Below, piece after piece: positions 46,789 through 56,564 of a stretch of DNA of 61,482 nucleotides; the first letter of the stretch is position 1; each line of letters starts with the position of its first letter. The notes under the pieces are model-generated. The model did not search any database. It was not told the DNA's origin and saw nothing but the letters and a program-made list of their open reading frames with translations. This stretch comes from a virus (taxonomy: Duplodnaviria > Caudoviricetes): positions 1-61,482 of the IMG/VR virus record IMGVR_UViG_3300032288_001094; one strand, written 5' to 3'. Made by a program: the position numbers and the translations under genes.

Positions 46789-47037
46789 ATGGAACTGATG
46801 ATATGGAACATCATCTTGTCCTTCTTGTCAGCGATCATCCTCTGGGTGATCAAGTCGCATTCGGACGAGGTGAAGCGCATTCAGATTCTCCTCAACCGCA
46901 CGCGGGAGGAGATCGCCAAGGAGTACGTCACGAAGTCGGACGTGCACGACGATATGAACCGGGTGATTGCTCGGTTGGATCGGCTTGAGGGCAAGCTGGA
47001 CGCCTACATGAAGGAGCAGAGAAGTGCCCTCAGTTAG
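46789..47037 (+). CDS. Small N-terminal TM/coiled-coil protein
   Basis: MELMIWNIIL...LLNRTREEIAKEYVTK...LDRLEGKLD. Confidence 0.65.
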   Translation: MELMIWNIILSFLSAIILWVIKSHSDEVKRIQILLNRTREEIAKEYVTKSDVHDDMNRVIARLDRLEGKLDAYMKEQRSALS

Positions 47038-47437
47038 CGGTAAGCAGCATCGGTTCATGGCGGCGGTGGCTTCAAACCCCAAGTTCGCCAAGAAAGCAGG
47101 CGTCCCCCAGGCTGTGGGGGAAGAGTTCTTGAAAGCGGACAAGGGCCGCAAGTTCAAAGAAGGTGGCGAAATGAAAGAGTCCAAGGCGATGGTGAAGAAG
47201 GAGATCGGCTTCATGAAGAAGGCCGGTGCTCCCCGTTCAATGATCAAACATGAGGAATCCGAAATGAAGGGCATGAAGAAGATGGCGACCGGTGGCATCA
47301 CCAACGCCAAGATGGGTACCGTCAAGACCGCTGCCCCGAGCCGCGATGGTGTGGCCACCAAGGGCAAGACCAAGGGCACGATGGTCAAGATGGCCGCATC
47401 GAAGCCCCTGGGTATGAAGCGCGGCGGCAAGTGCTGA
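47024..47437 (+). CDS. Small basic virion-associated protein
   Basis: MPSVSGKQHRFMAAVA; three xxGG motifs. Confidence 0.65.
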   Translation: MPSVSGKQHRFMAAVASNPKFAKKAGVPQAVGEEFLKADKGRKFKEGGEMKESKAMVKKEIGFMKKAGAPRSMIKHEESEMKGMKKMATGGITNAKMGTVKTAAPSRDGVATKGKTKGTMVKMAASKPLGMKRGGKC

Positions 47438-47438
47438 C

Positions 47439-47729
47439 ATGATGCCGAGCCGGGGGATGGGGGCAATCGCCCCCTCCAAGATGCCCAAGAAGAAGGTCAT
47501 CCGACGCAAGGATGACCCGAACGACGTTGACATGTACGCCGAAGGCGGGACCACCAAGTCCAAGGTCAACGAAGCGGGCAACTACACCAAGCCCGGTATG
47601 CGCAAGTCGCTCTTCGAGAAGATCAAGGGGCAGGCTACGCAGGGCACGGCGGCAGGTCAGTGGAGCGCCCGCAAGGCGCAGCTTCTGGCCAAGCAGTACA
47701 AGGCTAAGGGCGGCGGGTACCGTGACTAA
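47439..47729 (+). CDS. DUF5872-like protein, N-terminal half
   Basis: NYTKP...GQWSARKAQLLAKQYKAKGGGY. Confidence 0.65.
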   Translation: MMPSRGMGAIAPSKMPKKKVIRRKDDPNDVDMYAEGGTTKSKVNEAGNYTKPGMRKSLFEKIKGQATQGTAAGQWSARKAQLLAKQYKAKGGGYRD

Positions 47730-47958
47730 GAAGTCGCAGCAGTCGCTGAAGGACTGGACTGACCAGAAGTGGAGAACCAAAAGTGGTAAACCGTCTAGTA
47801 AAACTGGTGAGCGATACCTTCCAGAAGCTGCGATCAAAGCTCTTTCCCCCCAAGAGTACGCCGCCTCAACCCGAGCAAAGCGAGCAGGCAAAGCCTCCGG
47901 CAAGCAGTTCGTAGCGCAACCCAAGGCCATCGCCAAGAAGACCGCGAGGTTCAGATGA
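47722..47958 (+). CDS. DUF5872-like protein, C-terminal half
   Basis: SQQSLKDWTDQKW...ERYLP; GTG start overlapping the upstream stop. Confidence 0.65.
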   Translation: MTKKSQQSLKDWTDQKWRTKSGKPSSKTGERYLPEAAIKALSPQEYAASTRAKRAGKASGKQFVAQPKAIAKKTARFR

Positions 47959-48923
47959 GTAACGCAACTTTAGGAACGATGGGCGGTACTGGCGCTATCG
48001 ACCCTTTGACCGGACGCATTGACCTCGGTACCGGTAGCAACAGCTACGCTCCTGGGTATGGGCCCCGTGTAAACCCTATGCCGTTTCGTGGCATGCCTGC
48101 GCGGAATCCGCAAGACCGTATGCCTGTGTCGAAGCCGGGTGTGTTTGGGCCTCAACTTGCCGAACTAATTGGGCGACTTCCCCCAACTAATCCAGAACAA
48201 GCCAATGTCATGCTTACGGGTTCCGAGCAGCTAAACAACAGTGGGCGAGCTGTGGCTAATCCACCGACGCCGGGTGGGGTGGATATGGCCGGGTTAAAGC
48301 CGTCCGATATTATGGGGGCGCTGGGACAGCCAGGACGGGGAACTTCGCCGCAACAGTGGAGAAACTTTGTTGGCTCCCTTGACCAGCCTGCTCCTCCGGC
48401 GCAACAACCCCAGTTCAACCCCTTCATGGGTGGCTTGGGCGGTCTGTTCAATCAGATGGGCGGCTACGGCATGGGCTACAACCCCTACATGGGCGGCGGC
48501 TTCGGCGGCTTTGGTGGTGGCTTTGGCGGCGGCTTCAACCCCTACATGGGCGGCGGCTTCAACCCCTACATGGGCGGCGGCTTCAACCCCTACATGGGCG
48601 GCGGCTTCGGCGGCGGTCAGCAGGGCTTCGGCGGCGGCTTCAACCCCTATATGGGCGGCAATAGCTTCGGCGGCTTTGGTGGTGGCCAGGGCTTTGGTAG
48701 CTTCGGCGGCGGCTTCAACCCCTATATGGGCAGTGGTCAAGGCTTTGGCGGTGGTCAAGGCTTTGGCGCTAGTTTCGGCGGCGGTCAAGGATTTGGTGGG
48801 TATAACTCGCAAGGCGGCGCGAGCCCGTTTGGTGGTGGGTTCGGTGGCGGGTTCGGTAGCCGTGGATTTATGAATCAGATGGGTGGCGGCTTCGGCGGCG
48901 GTTTTGACCCCTCGATGATTTAA
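47955..48923 (+). CDS. Low-complexity Gly/Phe-rich protein with GGFNPYM repeats
   Basis: 322 aa, ATGA-coupled; 24-bp tandem unit three times at 48525-48596. Confidence 0.65.
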   Translation: MSNATLGTMGGTGAIDPLTGRIDLGTGSNSYAPGYGPRVNPMPFRGMPARNPQDRMPVSKPGVFGPQLAELIGRLPPTNPEQANVMLTGSEQLNNSGRAVANPPTPGGVDMAGLKPSDIMGALGQPGRGTSPQQWRNFVGSLDQPAPPAQQPQFNPFMGGLGGLFNQMGGYGMGYNPYMGGGFGGFGGGFGGGFNPYMGGGFNPYMGGGFNPYMGGGFGGGQQGFGGGFNPYMGGNSFGGFGGGQGFGSFGGGFNPYMGSGQGFGGGQGFGASFGGGQGFGGYNSQGGASPFGGGFGGGFGSRGFMNQMGGGFGGGFDPSMI

Positions 48924-48934
48924 GGCGTACCAAC

Positions 48935-49882
48935 GTGACAACTTCAGGCGTAGCAGCGTTCGATCTTGACCTCAACGAACTTGTTGAGGAAGCCTTTGAG
49001 CGTGCCGGTAGCGAGATGCGCACCGGTTATGACTTGCGCACGGCCCGTCGCAGCCTGAACTTGCTGTTTGCCGACTGGGGCAACCGTGGCGTCAACATGT
49101 GGACGTTCGAGCAGAACGTCATCACCCTGGCCACTGGTCAGCCGACCTACGCGCTGCCGGATGACACGGTGGATTTGCTCGATCACGTCATCCGCACCAA
49201 CGCCAACGTCCCCAACAACCAAGCCGACCTGACCATCACCCGGATCAGCGTCAGCACCTACGCCACTATCCCCAACAAGCTGATCCAAGGCCGACCCATT
49301 CAGGTTTGGATTCAGAAGCTGTCAGGCCAGGACTCCGTGCTTGCCGGGACGCTGCAGGCCACCATACTGGATAGCACCACGTCGATCCCCATTACATCGC
49401 TTGCCGGTGTACCCAACGCGGGCTTCATCAAGATCGACAACGAACTGATCGCCTACAACGAGGTGCAGCCCGCTAGTGGCGGCAACCCGGCGTTGCTGCT
49501 GAACTGCGCCCGTGGCCAAGCCGGTACGACCGCTGCAGGCCACTCGTCTGGTGCAGCCATCATCCTGTCGCAGAAGAACAGCATCACGGTGTGGCCAACG
49601 CCTAATCCGGGCACTACCTACCAGTTTGTGTACTGGCGCCTGCGCCGCCTGCAGGACGCCGGTGGTGGCGTCAAGACGATGGACGTGCCGTTTCGCTTCC
49701 TGCCCTGCCTCGTGGCCGGTCTGGCGTACTACATTGCACTGAAGGTTCCCGATGGGCTGCAGCGCCTGGACATCCTCAAGGCCCAGTACGACGAGGCTTG
49801 GCAGACTGCTGCCGGTGAGGATCAGGAGAAGGCGGCTGTTCGGTTCGTGCCCCGGCAGATGTACATCGGGAGCGGTACCTAA
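48935..49882 (+). CDS. Putative head-to-tail adaptor
   Basis: EEAFERAG...TARRSLN...W.NRG...PFRFLPCLVAGLAYY; position in the tail module. Confidence 0.6.
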   Translation: MTTSGVAAFDLDLNELVEEAFERAGSEMRTGYDLRTARRSLNLLFADWGNRGVNMWTFEQNVITLATGQPTYALPDDTVDLLDHVIRTNANVPNNQADLTITRISVSTYATIPNKLIQGRPIQVWIQKLSGQDSVLAGTLQATILDSTTSIPITSLAGVPNAGFIKIDNELIAYNEVQPASGGNPALLLNCARGQAGTTAAGHSSGAAIILSQKNSITVWPTPNPGTTYQFVYWRLRRLQDAGGGVKTMDVPFRFLPCLVAGLAYYIALKVPDGLQRLDILKAQYDEAWQTAAGEDQEKAAVRFVPRQMYIGSGT

Positions 49883-50311
49883 ATGGGGAACCGATTCGCG
49901 TCAGGCAAGAATGCGATTGCGCAGTGTGACCGCTGCGACTTTCGCTTCAAGCTCACGCAGTTGCGCAAGGAGATCATCAAGACCAAGAACTACAACCTCT
50001 TGGTCTGCCCGACGTGTTGGGATCCTGATCAACCGCAGTTGCAACTGGGCATGTACCCGGTCGATGACCCGCAAGGTCTGCGTGATCCGCGTCCTGATCT
50101 GAGCTACGTACAGTCGGGCAATACGGGTTTGCAGATCACGGACACGACGGCAACTACCCAGGATGGGGTGGGTTTCCCGAGTGAGGGTAGTCGGGACTTC
50201 CAGTGGGGGTGGAACCCTGTTGGAGGTGCGCGGGGGCCGGATGATGGGCTGACGCCCAACAACCTTGTATTAACCGTCCAAATTGGTACAGTCACAGTCG
50301 TGACGGCATAG
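49883..50311 (+). CDS. Zinc-ribbon virion-module protein
   Basis: CDRC...VCPTCWD.DQPQ. Confidence 0.7.
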   Translation: MGNRFASGKNAIAQCDRCDFRFKLTQLRKEIIKTKNYNLLVCPTCWDPDQPQLQLGMYPVDDPQGLRDPRPDLSYVQSGNTGLQITDTTATTQDGVGFPSEGSRDFQWGWNPVGGARGPDDGLTPNNLVLTVQIGTVTVVTA

Positions 50312-50320
50312 GAGCAAAAA

Positions 50321-50503
50321 ATGGCAGGCGTTAAAGAAATGCTGAAGAAGCACATGGCGAAGGGCGCAGGCGCGCACCCTGATGCCGACGTGAAGAAAAT
50401 GCGTGCGGGTGGCAAGACCAACAGCGATATGCTGAAGATGGGCCGTAATCTGGCCAAGGTTGCCAACCAGAAGAACCCTGGCCGCAAGCAGAAAGGCGTC
50501 TGA
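50321..50503 (+). CDS. Small basic protein
   Basis: AGGAG SD; KMRAGG motif. Confidence 0.6.
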   Translation: MAGVKEMLKKHMAKGAGAHPDADVKKMRAGGKTNSDMLKMGRNLAKVANQKNPGRKQKGV

Positions 50504-50504
50504 C

Positions 50505-50702
50505 ATGGCAACCTACAAGACCCCCAAGCCGGTGGCTACACCGGTTGTTGGCGCTGACGACATCAAGAAGGCGCTGCGCATGGACGTGTCCGTGGCCAAC
50601 ATGCACTCCAACGAGTACAAGGGCACGAAGACTGACGGCATCAAGATTCGTGGCACTGGCTGCGCTACCAAAGGTGTGATGGCTCGCGGCCCGATGGCGT
50701 GA
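50505..50702 (+). CDS. Small basic protein
   Basis: GIKIRGTGCATKGVMARGPMA. Confidence 0.6.
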   Translation: MATYKTPKPVATPVVGADDIKKALRMDVSVANMHSNEYKGTKTDGIKIRGTGCATKGVMARGPMA

Positions 50703-50709
50703 GGCGTAG

Positions 50710-51396
50710 ATGAACTACACGCAACTCAGCAACGCCATCCAGGCGTACACCGAAAACCCGAGCAGCGATTTCGTTGCTCAAATACCCGTTTTCGTTCAAC
50801 AGGCTGAGCAGCGCATCTACAACTCGGTGCAGTTTCCGTCGCTTCGTAAGAACGTCACAGGCTACACCACGGCAAACAACAAGTATCTTCAGTGCCCGAC
50901 AGACTTTCTGGCGGTGTACTCGATGGCGGCAGTTGATGCCGCCGGTTCGTACGAGTACTTGTTGAACAAGGACGTGAACTTCATTCGGCAGGCGTACCCA
51001 AACCCCAACGACGACAAGGCAATCCCTCGTTACTACGCTTTGTTTGGTCCGCGCTCAGATAACGAAGACGAGTTGTCGTTCATCCTTGGCCCTACGCCAG
51101 ATGCGTCCTACATCATTGAGTTGCACTACTTCTACTACCCCGAGTCAATTACAGTGGCCGCTGATGGCCGCACGTGGTTGGGTGACAACTTCGATACGGT
51201 TCTGTTGTACGGCTCGCTCGTGGAAGCCTACACTTACATGAAGGGTGAGCAGGACATACTCACGCTGTACAACCAGAAGTACATGGAAGCCCTGCAACTT
51301 GCTAAGCGCCTGGGTGATGGTCTGGAGCGCAGCGATACGTACCGCAGCGGTCAGTCGCGTCTGGCCCCACTGCCGCAGAATAACGGGGTCAAGTAA
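50710..51396 (+). CDS. Putative tail tubular/adaptor protein
   Basis: MNYTQL...AEQRI...PRYYA...GPTPD...LLYGSLVEAY. Confidence 0.6.
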   Translation: MNYTQLSNAIQAYTENPSSDFVAQIPVFVQQAEQRIYNSVQFPSLRKNVTGYTTANNKYLQCPTDFLAVYSMAAVDAAGSYEYLLNKDVNFIRQAYPNPNDDKAIPRYYALFGPRSDNEDELSFILGPTPDASYIIELHYFYYPESITVAADGRTWLGDNFDTVLLYGSLVEAYTYMKGEQDILTLYNQKYMEALQLAKRLGDGLERSDTYRSGQSRLAPLPQNNGVK

Positions 51397-51830
51397 TGCC
51401 CATCGACCAGGGTGCGACAAATCAGTTCAGGGTGGGGTTGGCATCTAGCCAGTTCAACTTCAACACTGATACGTTCAAGATAGCGCTCTACACGGGCGGG
51501 GCAACACTCGGGCCAACTACGGCTGCGTACACTACAGCGAATGAAGTTCCTGCCGGGGCCGGGTACACCACGGGTGGTGAAGTGCTAACAGTTTCTGTTG
51601 CACCTACTACTGGCTCCGACCCCAACAACACGATCATGTACCTGTCGTTTGCCACTGCGACATGGAGCCCGGCGTCGTTTACGTGCCGTGGGGCGTTGAT
51701 CTATAAGGTTGGTGGGGGCAACCCCACTGTTTGCGTCCTCGACTTCGGCGGCGACAAAACCGCCGTAACTTCTTTTGAGGTGCGGTTCCCAACTGCGGAC
51801 AGCACCAACGCGATCATCCGCATTGCATAG
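51396..51830 (+). CDS. Tail-associated protein
   Basis: TFKIALYT...GYTTGG...VLDFGGDK. Confidence 0.65.
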   Translation: MPIDQGATNQFRVGLASSQFNFNTDTFKIALYTGGATLGPTTAAYTTANEVPAGAGYTTGGEVLTVSVAPTTGSDPNNTIMYLSFATATWSPASFTCRGALIYKVGGGNPTVCVLDFGGDKTAVTSFEVRFPTADSTNAIIRIA

Positions 51831-51838
51831 GAGTCAAC

Positions 51839-52411
51839 ATGACCACTGAAATTGCCAAAGCCGCAGACTTCGTTGCAAGCGGCCTGATTGCTGGAGCACA
51901 AGGTCAGGAGCAGGCCACGGCTGTGGGCCGCTACAAACTGGAGTGCCGTGACAAGGACGGAAACCTGAAGTGGGTTGTTGAAGAAGACAACCTCGTGGTC
52001 AACGTCGGTCTTCAGTACATGGCCGGTGTGGCGTTGACTTCTACTACGCAGATCACGACATGGTATCTGGGCCTGATCACTGGCCCCGGCGTGACCACGA
52101 GTGCCACGGACACGATGTCGTCCAAGGGTTGGACTGAGTTCACGGGCTATAGCAACTCGACCCGTGTGACCCCGACGTTCACGGCGGCGACCAATGCCAA
52201 CCCCTCGGTGGTGACCAACTCGGGCACCCCGGCCAACTTCAACATCAATGCCTCTGGCACGGTGGGCGGTGCGTTTTTGACCAGTGGCTCTGCCAAAAGC
52301 GGTACAACGGGTACTCTGTTCTCGGAGAAAGCCTTCTCTGCTCCCGGGGACCGCACGGTGGTTAGCGGCGACATTATCGCGGTCACGTACACCTTCAGCC
52401 TCGCCGGTTGA
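51839..52411 (+). CDS. Tail-associated protein
   Basis: NLVVNVG...WYLGL...GAFL...GTLFS; AGGAG SD. Confidence 0.65.
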   Translation: MTTEIAKAADFVASGLIAGAQGQEQATAVGRYKLECRDKDGNLKWVVEEDNLVVNVGLQYMAGVALTSTTQITTWYLGLITGPGVTTSATDTMSSKGWTEFTGYSNSTRVTPTFTAATNANPSVVTNSGTPANFNINASGTVGGAFLTSGSAKSGTTGTLFSEKAFSAPGDRTVVSGDIIAVTYTFSLAG

Positions 52412-52420
52412 GGATGAGTT

Positions 52421-53203
52421 GTGGCAGAGGGCGGATGGGGTTCCGGCACCTGGGGTCAGGCCGGTTGGGGTGATTCCGTTTATGACCGGGCCGTCGATGA
52501 GTCGGCTACCGGTACGGACACCCTCGCCGCCGCTGCCACCTTTGCTTCTTCTCTTTCTGAGACAGCCACCGGCACAGACACGGTAGCTGCTGCCGCCACA
52601 CTTGGCGCGACCATCACGGAAGCTGCTGAGGGGCAAGATACTGTTTCCGCTGCGGCCACCTTCGACTCCACCATCACGGAGTCCGCCACTGGTACGGACG
52701 ACATCAGCGCAGCGCAGACATTCGCTTCTTCTGTTTCTGAATCCGCCACCGGGTCAGACGACATCAGCGCAACGCAGACGTTCAATGGGCAAATAGCAGA
52801 AACCGCCACGGGCACGGATACCGTTGACTCAGCGTTCCTGTTCAACGCCTTCATCACAGAGTCTGCCACAGGCACGGACGATGTTTCTGTTGCGGCCAAC
52901 TTTGGAACTTCAATATCCGAGTCCGCTACAGGTATTGATACCGCCTCGACCGCAGCGACGTTTGCAGGTACTATTTCCGAAACCGCTACTGGAACAGATG
53001 TAAATGCAGCGGCAGCACAGTTTGTTGCCGCGATCCAAGAACTTGCCATCGCCACCGACGCTCTTACCGGAAGAAAACTCTGGGAACTCATTGATGACAC
53101 CCAGACAGCGAATTGGCAAAATATCAGCAACACCCAGTCGTCCGGTTGGACACAGGTGCCTGACACGCAAGTAGCGGGCTGGACGACAATTCCGACGACA
53201 TAG
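52421..53203 (+). CDS. Tail-associated protein with 19-aa E[ST]ATGxD repeats
   Basis: About ten tandem repeats; Trp/Gly N-terminal motif. Confidence 0.65.
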   Translation: MAEGGWGSGTWGQAGWGDSVYDRAVDESATGTDTLAAAATFASSLSETATGTDTVAAAATLGATITEAAEGQDTVSAAATFDSTITESATGTDDISAAQTFASSVSESATGSDDISATQTFNGQIAETATGTDTVDSAFLFNAFITESATGTDDVSVAANFGTSISESATGIDTASTAATFAGTISETATGTDVNAAAAQFVAAIQELAIATDALTGRKLWELIDDTQTANWQNISNTQSSGWTQVPDTQVAGWTTIPTT

Positions 53204-53213
53204 GAGCACCTGA

Positions 53214-55808
53214 ATGCCTACCTCATACACCTCCCTCTTGGGTCTGGCTCTGCCTGTCACGGGCGAACTGTCCGGCACCTGGGGCGACACGGTTAACGAC
53301 TACATCACCAAGTATCTGGACGCGGCTGTCGCAGGCGCTCAGACCATCAGCGGCTCTCAAACGGCAGTCACTCTGTCCGTGACCACGGCATCTAGCCTGA
53401 CCCAAGTCGGCTCCGGGGCAACGGGCTCTGCTCAGTACCAGATCATCAACTGCACGGGCAACCCGGCAGGTCTGCTGACGATCACCGCTCCTGCGGCGAG
53501 CAAGGTGTACTTGGTCCTGAACGCGACTTCGACTTCTCAGTCGGTCAAGGTGGTGGGTGCAGGCCCGACCACGGGCGTGACGATGGTGTCAGGCGAGAAG
53601 GCACTGATTGCCTGGAACGGTTCGGACTTCGTGAAGGTGGCAACTACTGCGCCCGGTGCGGCGGCAGGATCGAACACCCAAGTCCAGTACAACAGCAGCG
53701 GAAACTTGGCGGGTTCTGCCAACCTGACGTTTGACGGCACGACCCTCACGGCAGCGAACTTTGCTGATTCCTCCCTGACCTCTGGCCGGGTGGTGTACGC
53801 CACCACGAGCGGGAACCTGACCGACAGCGCAAACCTGCTGTACTCCGGCACTGACCTGACCGTCTACGGCATCACAGTCGGCCGTGGCGCGGGTGCTGTG
53901 TCCACCAACACTGCGGTGGGTGCGAGTGCGTTGGCGGCAAATACGACAGGGGCGTTTAACTCGGCCTATGGGCAACAGGCTCTTTCCGCGAATACCTCGG
54001 CCCAGTTCAACAGTGCGTTTGGCTTTAGAAGCCTTCGTGATAACACGACTGGAGCATCAAATAGTGCGTTTGGGTATGCGGCACTGATACAAAACACCAC
54101 GGGCAACTACAACGTGGCGATGGGTGACTCGGCACTGTTCTCCAACACCACTGCATCAAGTAACACCGCTGTTGGTTATCGGGCGGCATATAGCAACACT
54201 ACCGGCATCTACAACGCGGCCTTTGGGGACTCAGCCCTCTATTTCAACACCAGTGCTTCCAACAACACTGCTGTTGGTTATCAGGCGGTGTATGCCAATA
54301 CGACCGGCGTTCAAAACACGGGGCTTGGAGCATACGCACTTCGTTCAAACACCGCATCCAGCAACTCAACTGCTGTTGGTTATGTAGCCCTTTACAACTC
54401 AACCGGAGCGGACAACACCGCTGTAGGTAGTTACGCCGGATATTCAACAACTACCGGGCTCTCCAACGCCATGTTTGGTAGTTCCACGATGCAGTTCAAC
54501 ACGACTGGATCGTATAACTCCGCTTTTGGCGCTCAAAGCCTCGCTTCAAATACAACCGGGGCGGAAAATTCTGCTTTTGGGTATGGAGCCTTTGCGCTAA
54601 ACACCACGGGTAACTACAACACTGCGTTAGGCAAGGATGCACTTCGCTCCAACACCACCGCTTCCAACAACACGGCTGTTGGGTATCAGGCGGGGTATAC
54701 AAACACGACGGGCAGCGTCACGGCACTTGGATACTACGCCGCACGTTCCAATACAACCGGCACCATTACTGCTGTTGGTGTCTCGGCCCTGCTCAGCAAC
54801 ACGACGGGTACCGGAAATACCGGGGTTGGCACGCTGGCCGGGTACAACAACTCCACCGGAGACAACAACACCGCTGTTGGTTACTACGCCGCGTACAGCA
54901 CCGGAAACGCATCAGGCGTAACCGCAATTGGCTCTCTCGCCATGTACATCGGTGGCGGCACTCCTACGGGATCAACCGCTGTCGGTGCTCAGGCGCTGTA
55001 TCAGACTTCCTCTGCATACAACACCGCTGTCGGTTATCAGGCGGGATATGCACAAACGACTGCTCAATGGAACACGCTGATTGGCGCGAATGCAGGAGAT
55101 TCGATTACCACTGGCAGTTACAACGTCTGTGTTGGAAGGGGGGCGGGTGACGCACTTACGACAGGTGATGCAAACACCTTTGTCGGCTCAGGTGGAATTA
55201 CTGGCGGGGCGGGTTCTGCCATCACAACCGGTGCCAAAAACACCATCATTGGTTGCTACACCGGCAACCAAGGTGGCCTCGACATCCGCACCTCAAACAA
55301 CTATGCGGTTATTTCTGATGGTGATGGAAACCGTCTGATCAGCACCGCAGCAGGCCAGACCTTGGCGCTTGGCAACAGTGCAGTTCCCAATTCCGGCACC
55401 GGCATCACCTTCCCCGCCACGCAGTCTGCATCGTCTGACGCGAACACGTTGGATGATTATGAGGAGGGGACTTGGACTCCTGCGGACGCAAGCGGCGCAG
55501 GATTGACGTTCACCAGTGTCACAGCGCAGTACACCAAGATTGGCAACATGGTGTACATCAACGCAACGCTGACGTACCCGTCAACCGCCGATGCGTCGCA
55601 GGCGAAGATTTCCGGCTTGCCGTTTGCAACAACCAATGTGGGGCAACTGATCTATTGCAACCCGGGAGTTACTACCACAGGATCTGGTCAAGGTTGGATT
55701 CCAAACAGTTCAACTACTGCAACTCTTGTAGGGCAAGCAAACGCAGCGAGGACAAACGCAAACCTAAGCACTTTGACGCTTTATTTCACCGGGGCATACC
55801 CCGTATAA
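53214..55808 (+). CDS. Tail fibre / receptor-binding protein
   Basis: 864 aa; N-terminal GELSGTWG anchor; many 14-aa NTAVGxxALxxNTT repeats; LDDYEEGTWTP C-terminal domain. Confidence 0.75.
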   Translation: MPTSYTSLLGLALPVTGELSGTWGDTVNDYITKYLDAAVAGAQTISGSQTAVTLSVTTASSLTQVGSGATGSAQYQIINCTGNPAGLLTITAPAASKVYLVLNATSTSQSVKVVGAGPTTGVTMVSGEKALIAWNGSDFVKVATTAPGAAAGSNTQVQYNSSGNLAGSANLTFDGTTLTAANFADSSLTSGRVVYATTSGNLTDSANLLYSGTDLTVYGITVGRGAGAVSTNTAVGASALAANTTGAFNSAYGQQALSANTSAQFNSAFGFRSLRDNTTGASNSAFGYAALIQNTTGNYNVAMGDSALFSNTTASSNTAVGYRAAYSNTTGIYNAAFGDSALYFNTSASNNTAVGYQAVYANTTGVQNTGLGAYALRSNTASSNSTAVGYVALYNSTGADNTAVGSYAGYSTTTGLSNAMFGSSTMQFNTTGSYNSAFGAQSLASNTTGAENSAFGYGAFALNTTGNYNTALGKDALRSNTTASNNTAVGYQAGYTNTTGSVTALGYYAARSNTTGTITAVGVSALLSNTTGTGNTGVGTLAGYNNSTGDNNTAVGYYAAYSTGNASGVTAIGSLAMYIGGGTPTGSTAVGAQALYQTSSAYNTAVGYQAGYAQTTAQWNTLIGANAGDSITTGSYNVCVGRGAGDALTTGDANTFVGSGGITGGAGSAITTGAKNTIIGCYTGNQGGLDIRTSNNYAVISDGDGNRLISTAAGQTLALGNSAVPNSGTGITFPATQSASSDANTLDDYEEGTWTPADASGAGLTFTSVTAQYTKIGNMVYINATLTYPSTADASQAKISGLPFATTNVGQLIYCNPGVTTTGSGQGWIPNSSTTATLVGQANAARTNANLSTLTLYFTGAYPV

Positions 55809-55854
55809 CTACGCCGGATAACTAGCGCGGTCGGATTCAACGAAAGGAAACATC

Positions 55855-56112
55855 ATGTCTCTCACCAAAGAAACCACTGTCGATCAGATCACCGTCACGG
55901 AGAACGGCGTCGTGCTGTTCCGGGAAGCCACGCGCATCCTTGAGGACGGTGCTGAGATCAGCAAGAAGTACCACCGCAGCAGCCTCACGCCTGGGCAAGA
56001 CCTGACCGGGGTTCCGGCAAACGTGGCTGCGATCTGTAACGTGGTGTGGACCCCCGCAGTCATCGCTGCCTTCCAAGCAGCCCAACAAGCCAACCAACCC
56101 GCAGGAGCCTGA
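55855..56112 (+). CDS. Conserved protein downstream of the fibre (possible chaperone)
   Basis: VDQITV.ENG...YHR...PG.D; AAGGA SD. Confidence 0.65.
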   Translation: MSLTKETTVDQITVTENGVVLFREATRILEDGAEISKKYHRSSLTPGQDLTGVPANVAAICNVVWTPAVIAAFQAAQQANQPAGA

Positions 56113-56114
56113 AA

Positions 56115-56363
56115 ATGACGGAAGTCGCAACCCCTGTTACCTCTGTTGAAACCCCGACCGCTGAAGAAGTCGCACGCCACTACAGCGCCGCGATGGACAG
56201 CGTGAACCTGCTGAACGCCGGTAAGCCCGAAGGCATGGAAGATGCCGACTGGGCCGATTGCGTTAAGCGCAACGTCGAGCACCTGAAGATCATGGTCGCC
56301 AAAGAGTGGATGCAGGATCAAGACCTTGCCCCGCTGAACGCTGCCATCGCTGCCAACGAATAA
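56115..56363 (+). CDS. Hypothetical protein
   Basis: HYSAAMDSVNL...RNVEHLKIM; AGGAG SD. Confidence 0.6.
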   Translation: MTEVATPVTSVETPTAEEVARHYSAAMDSVNLLNAGKPEGMEDADWADCVKRNVEHLKIMVAKEWMQDQDLAPLNAAIAANE

Positions 56364-56372
56364 GGAGTACCC

Positions 56373-56564
56373 ATGCAACCCACCAACGACACCCCCATCA
56401 ACCTGACCCTGGGTCTGGTCAACGCCATCCTGCAATACCTGGGCACCCGGCCTTACGCCGAAGTGTTCCCCCTGGTGGCTGAGATTCAAGCCCAGGCTAC
56501 GCCGCAGGTGCCCATGCCTGAAGCCGCTCAAGGCCAAACTCAACCTGACCCCACGGTGCAGTGA
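56373..56564 (+). CDS. Hypothetical protein
   Basis: ILQYLGTRPYAEV; AAGGAG SD. Confidence 0.6.
   Translation: MQPTNDTPINLTLGLVNAILQYLGTRPYAEVFPLVAEIQAQATPQVPMPEAAQGQTQPDPTVQ

Noticed and set aside
53214-55808. Diversity-generating retroelement acting on the fibre
   Set aside because: No reverse transcriptase ORF and no template/variable repeat pair differing at adenines seen
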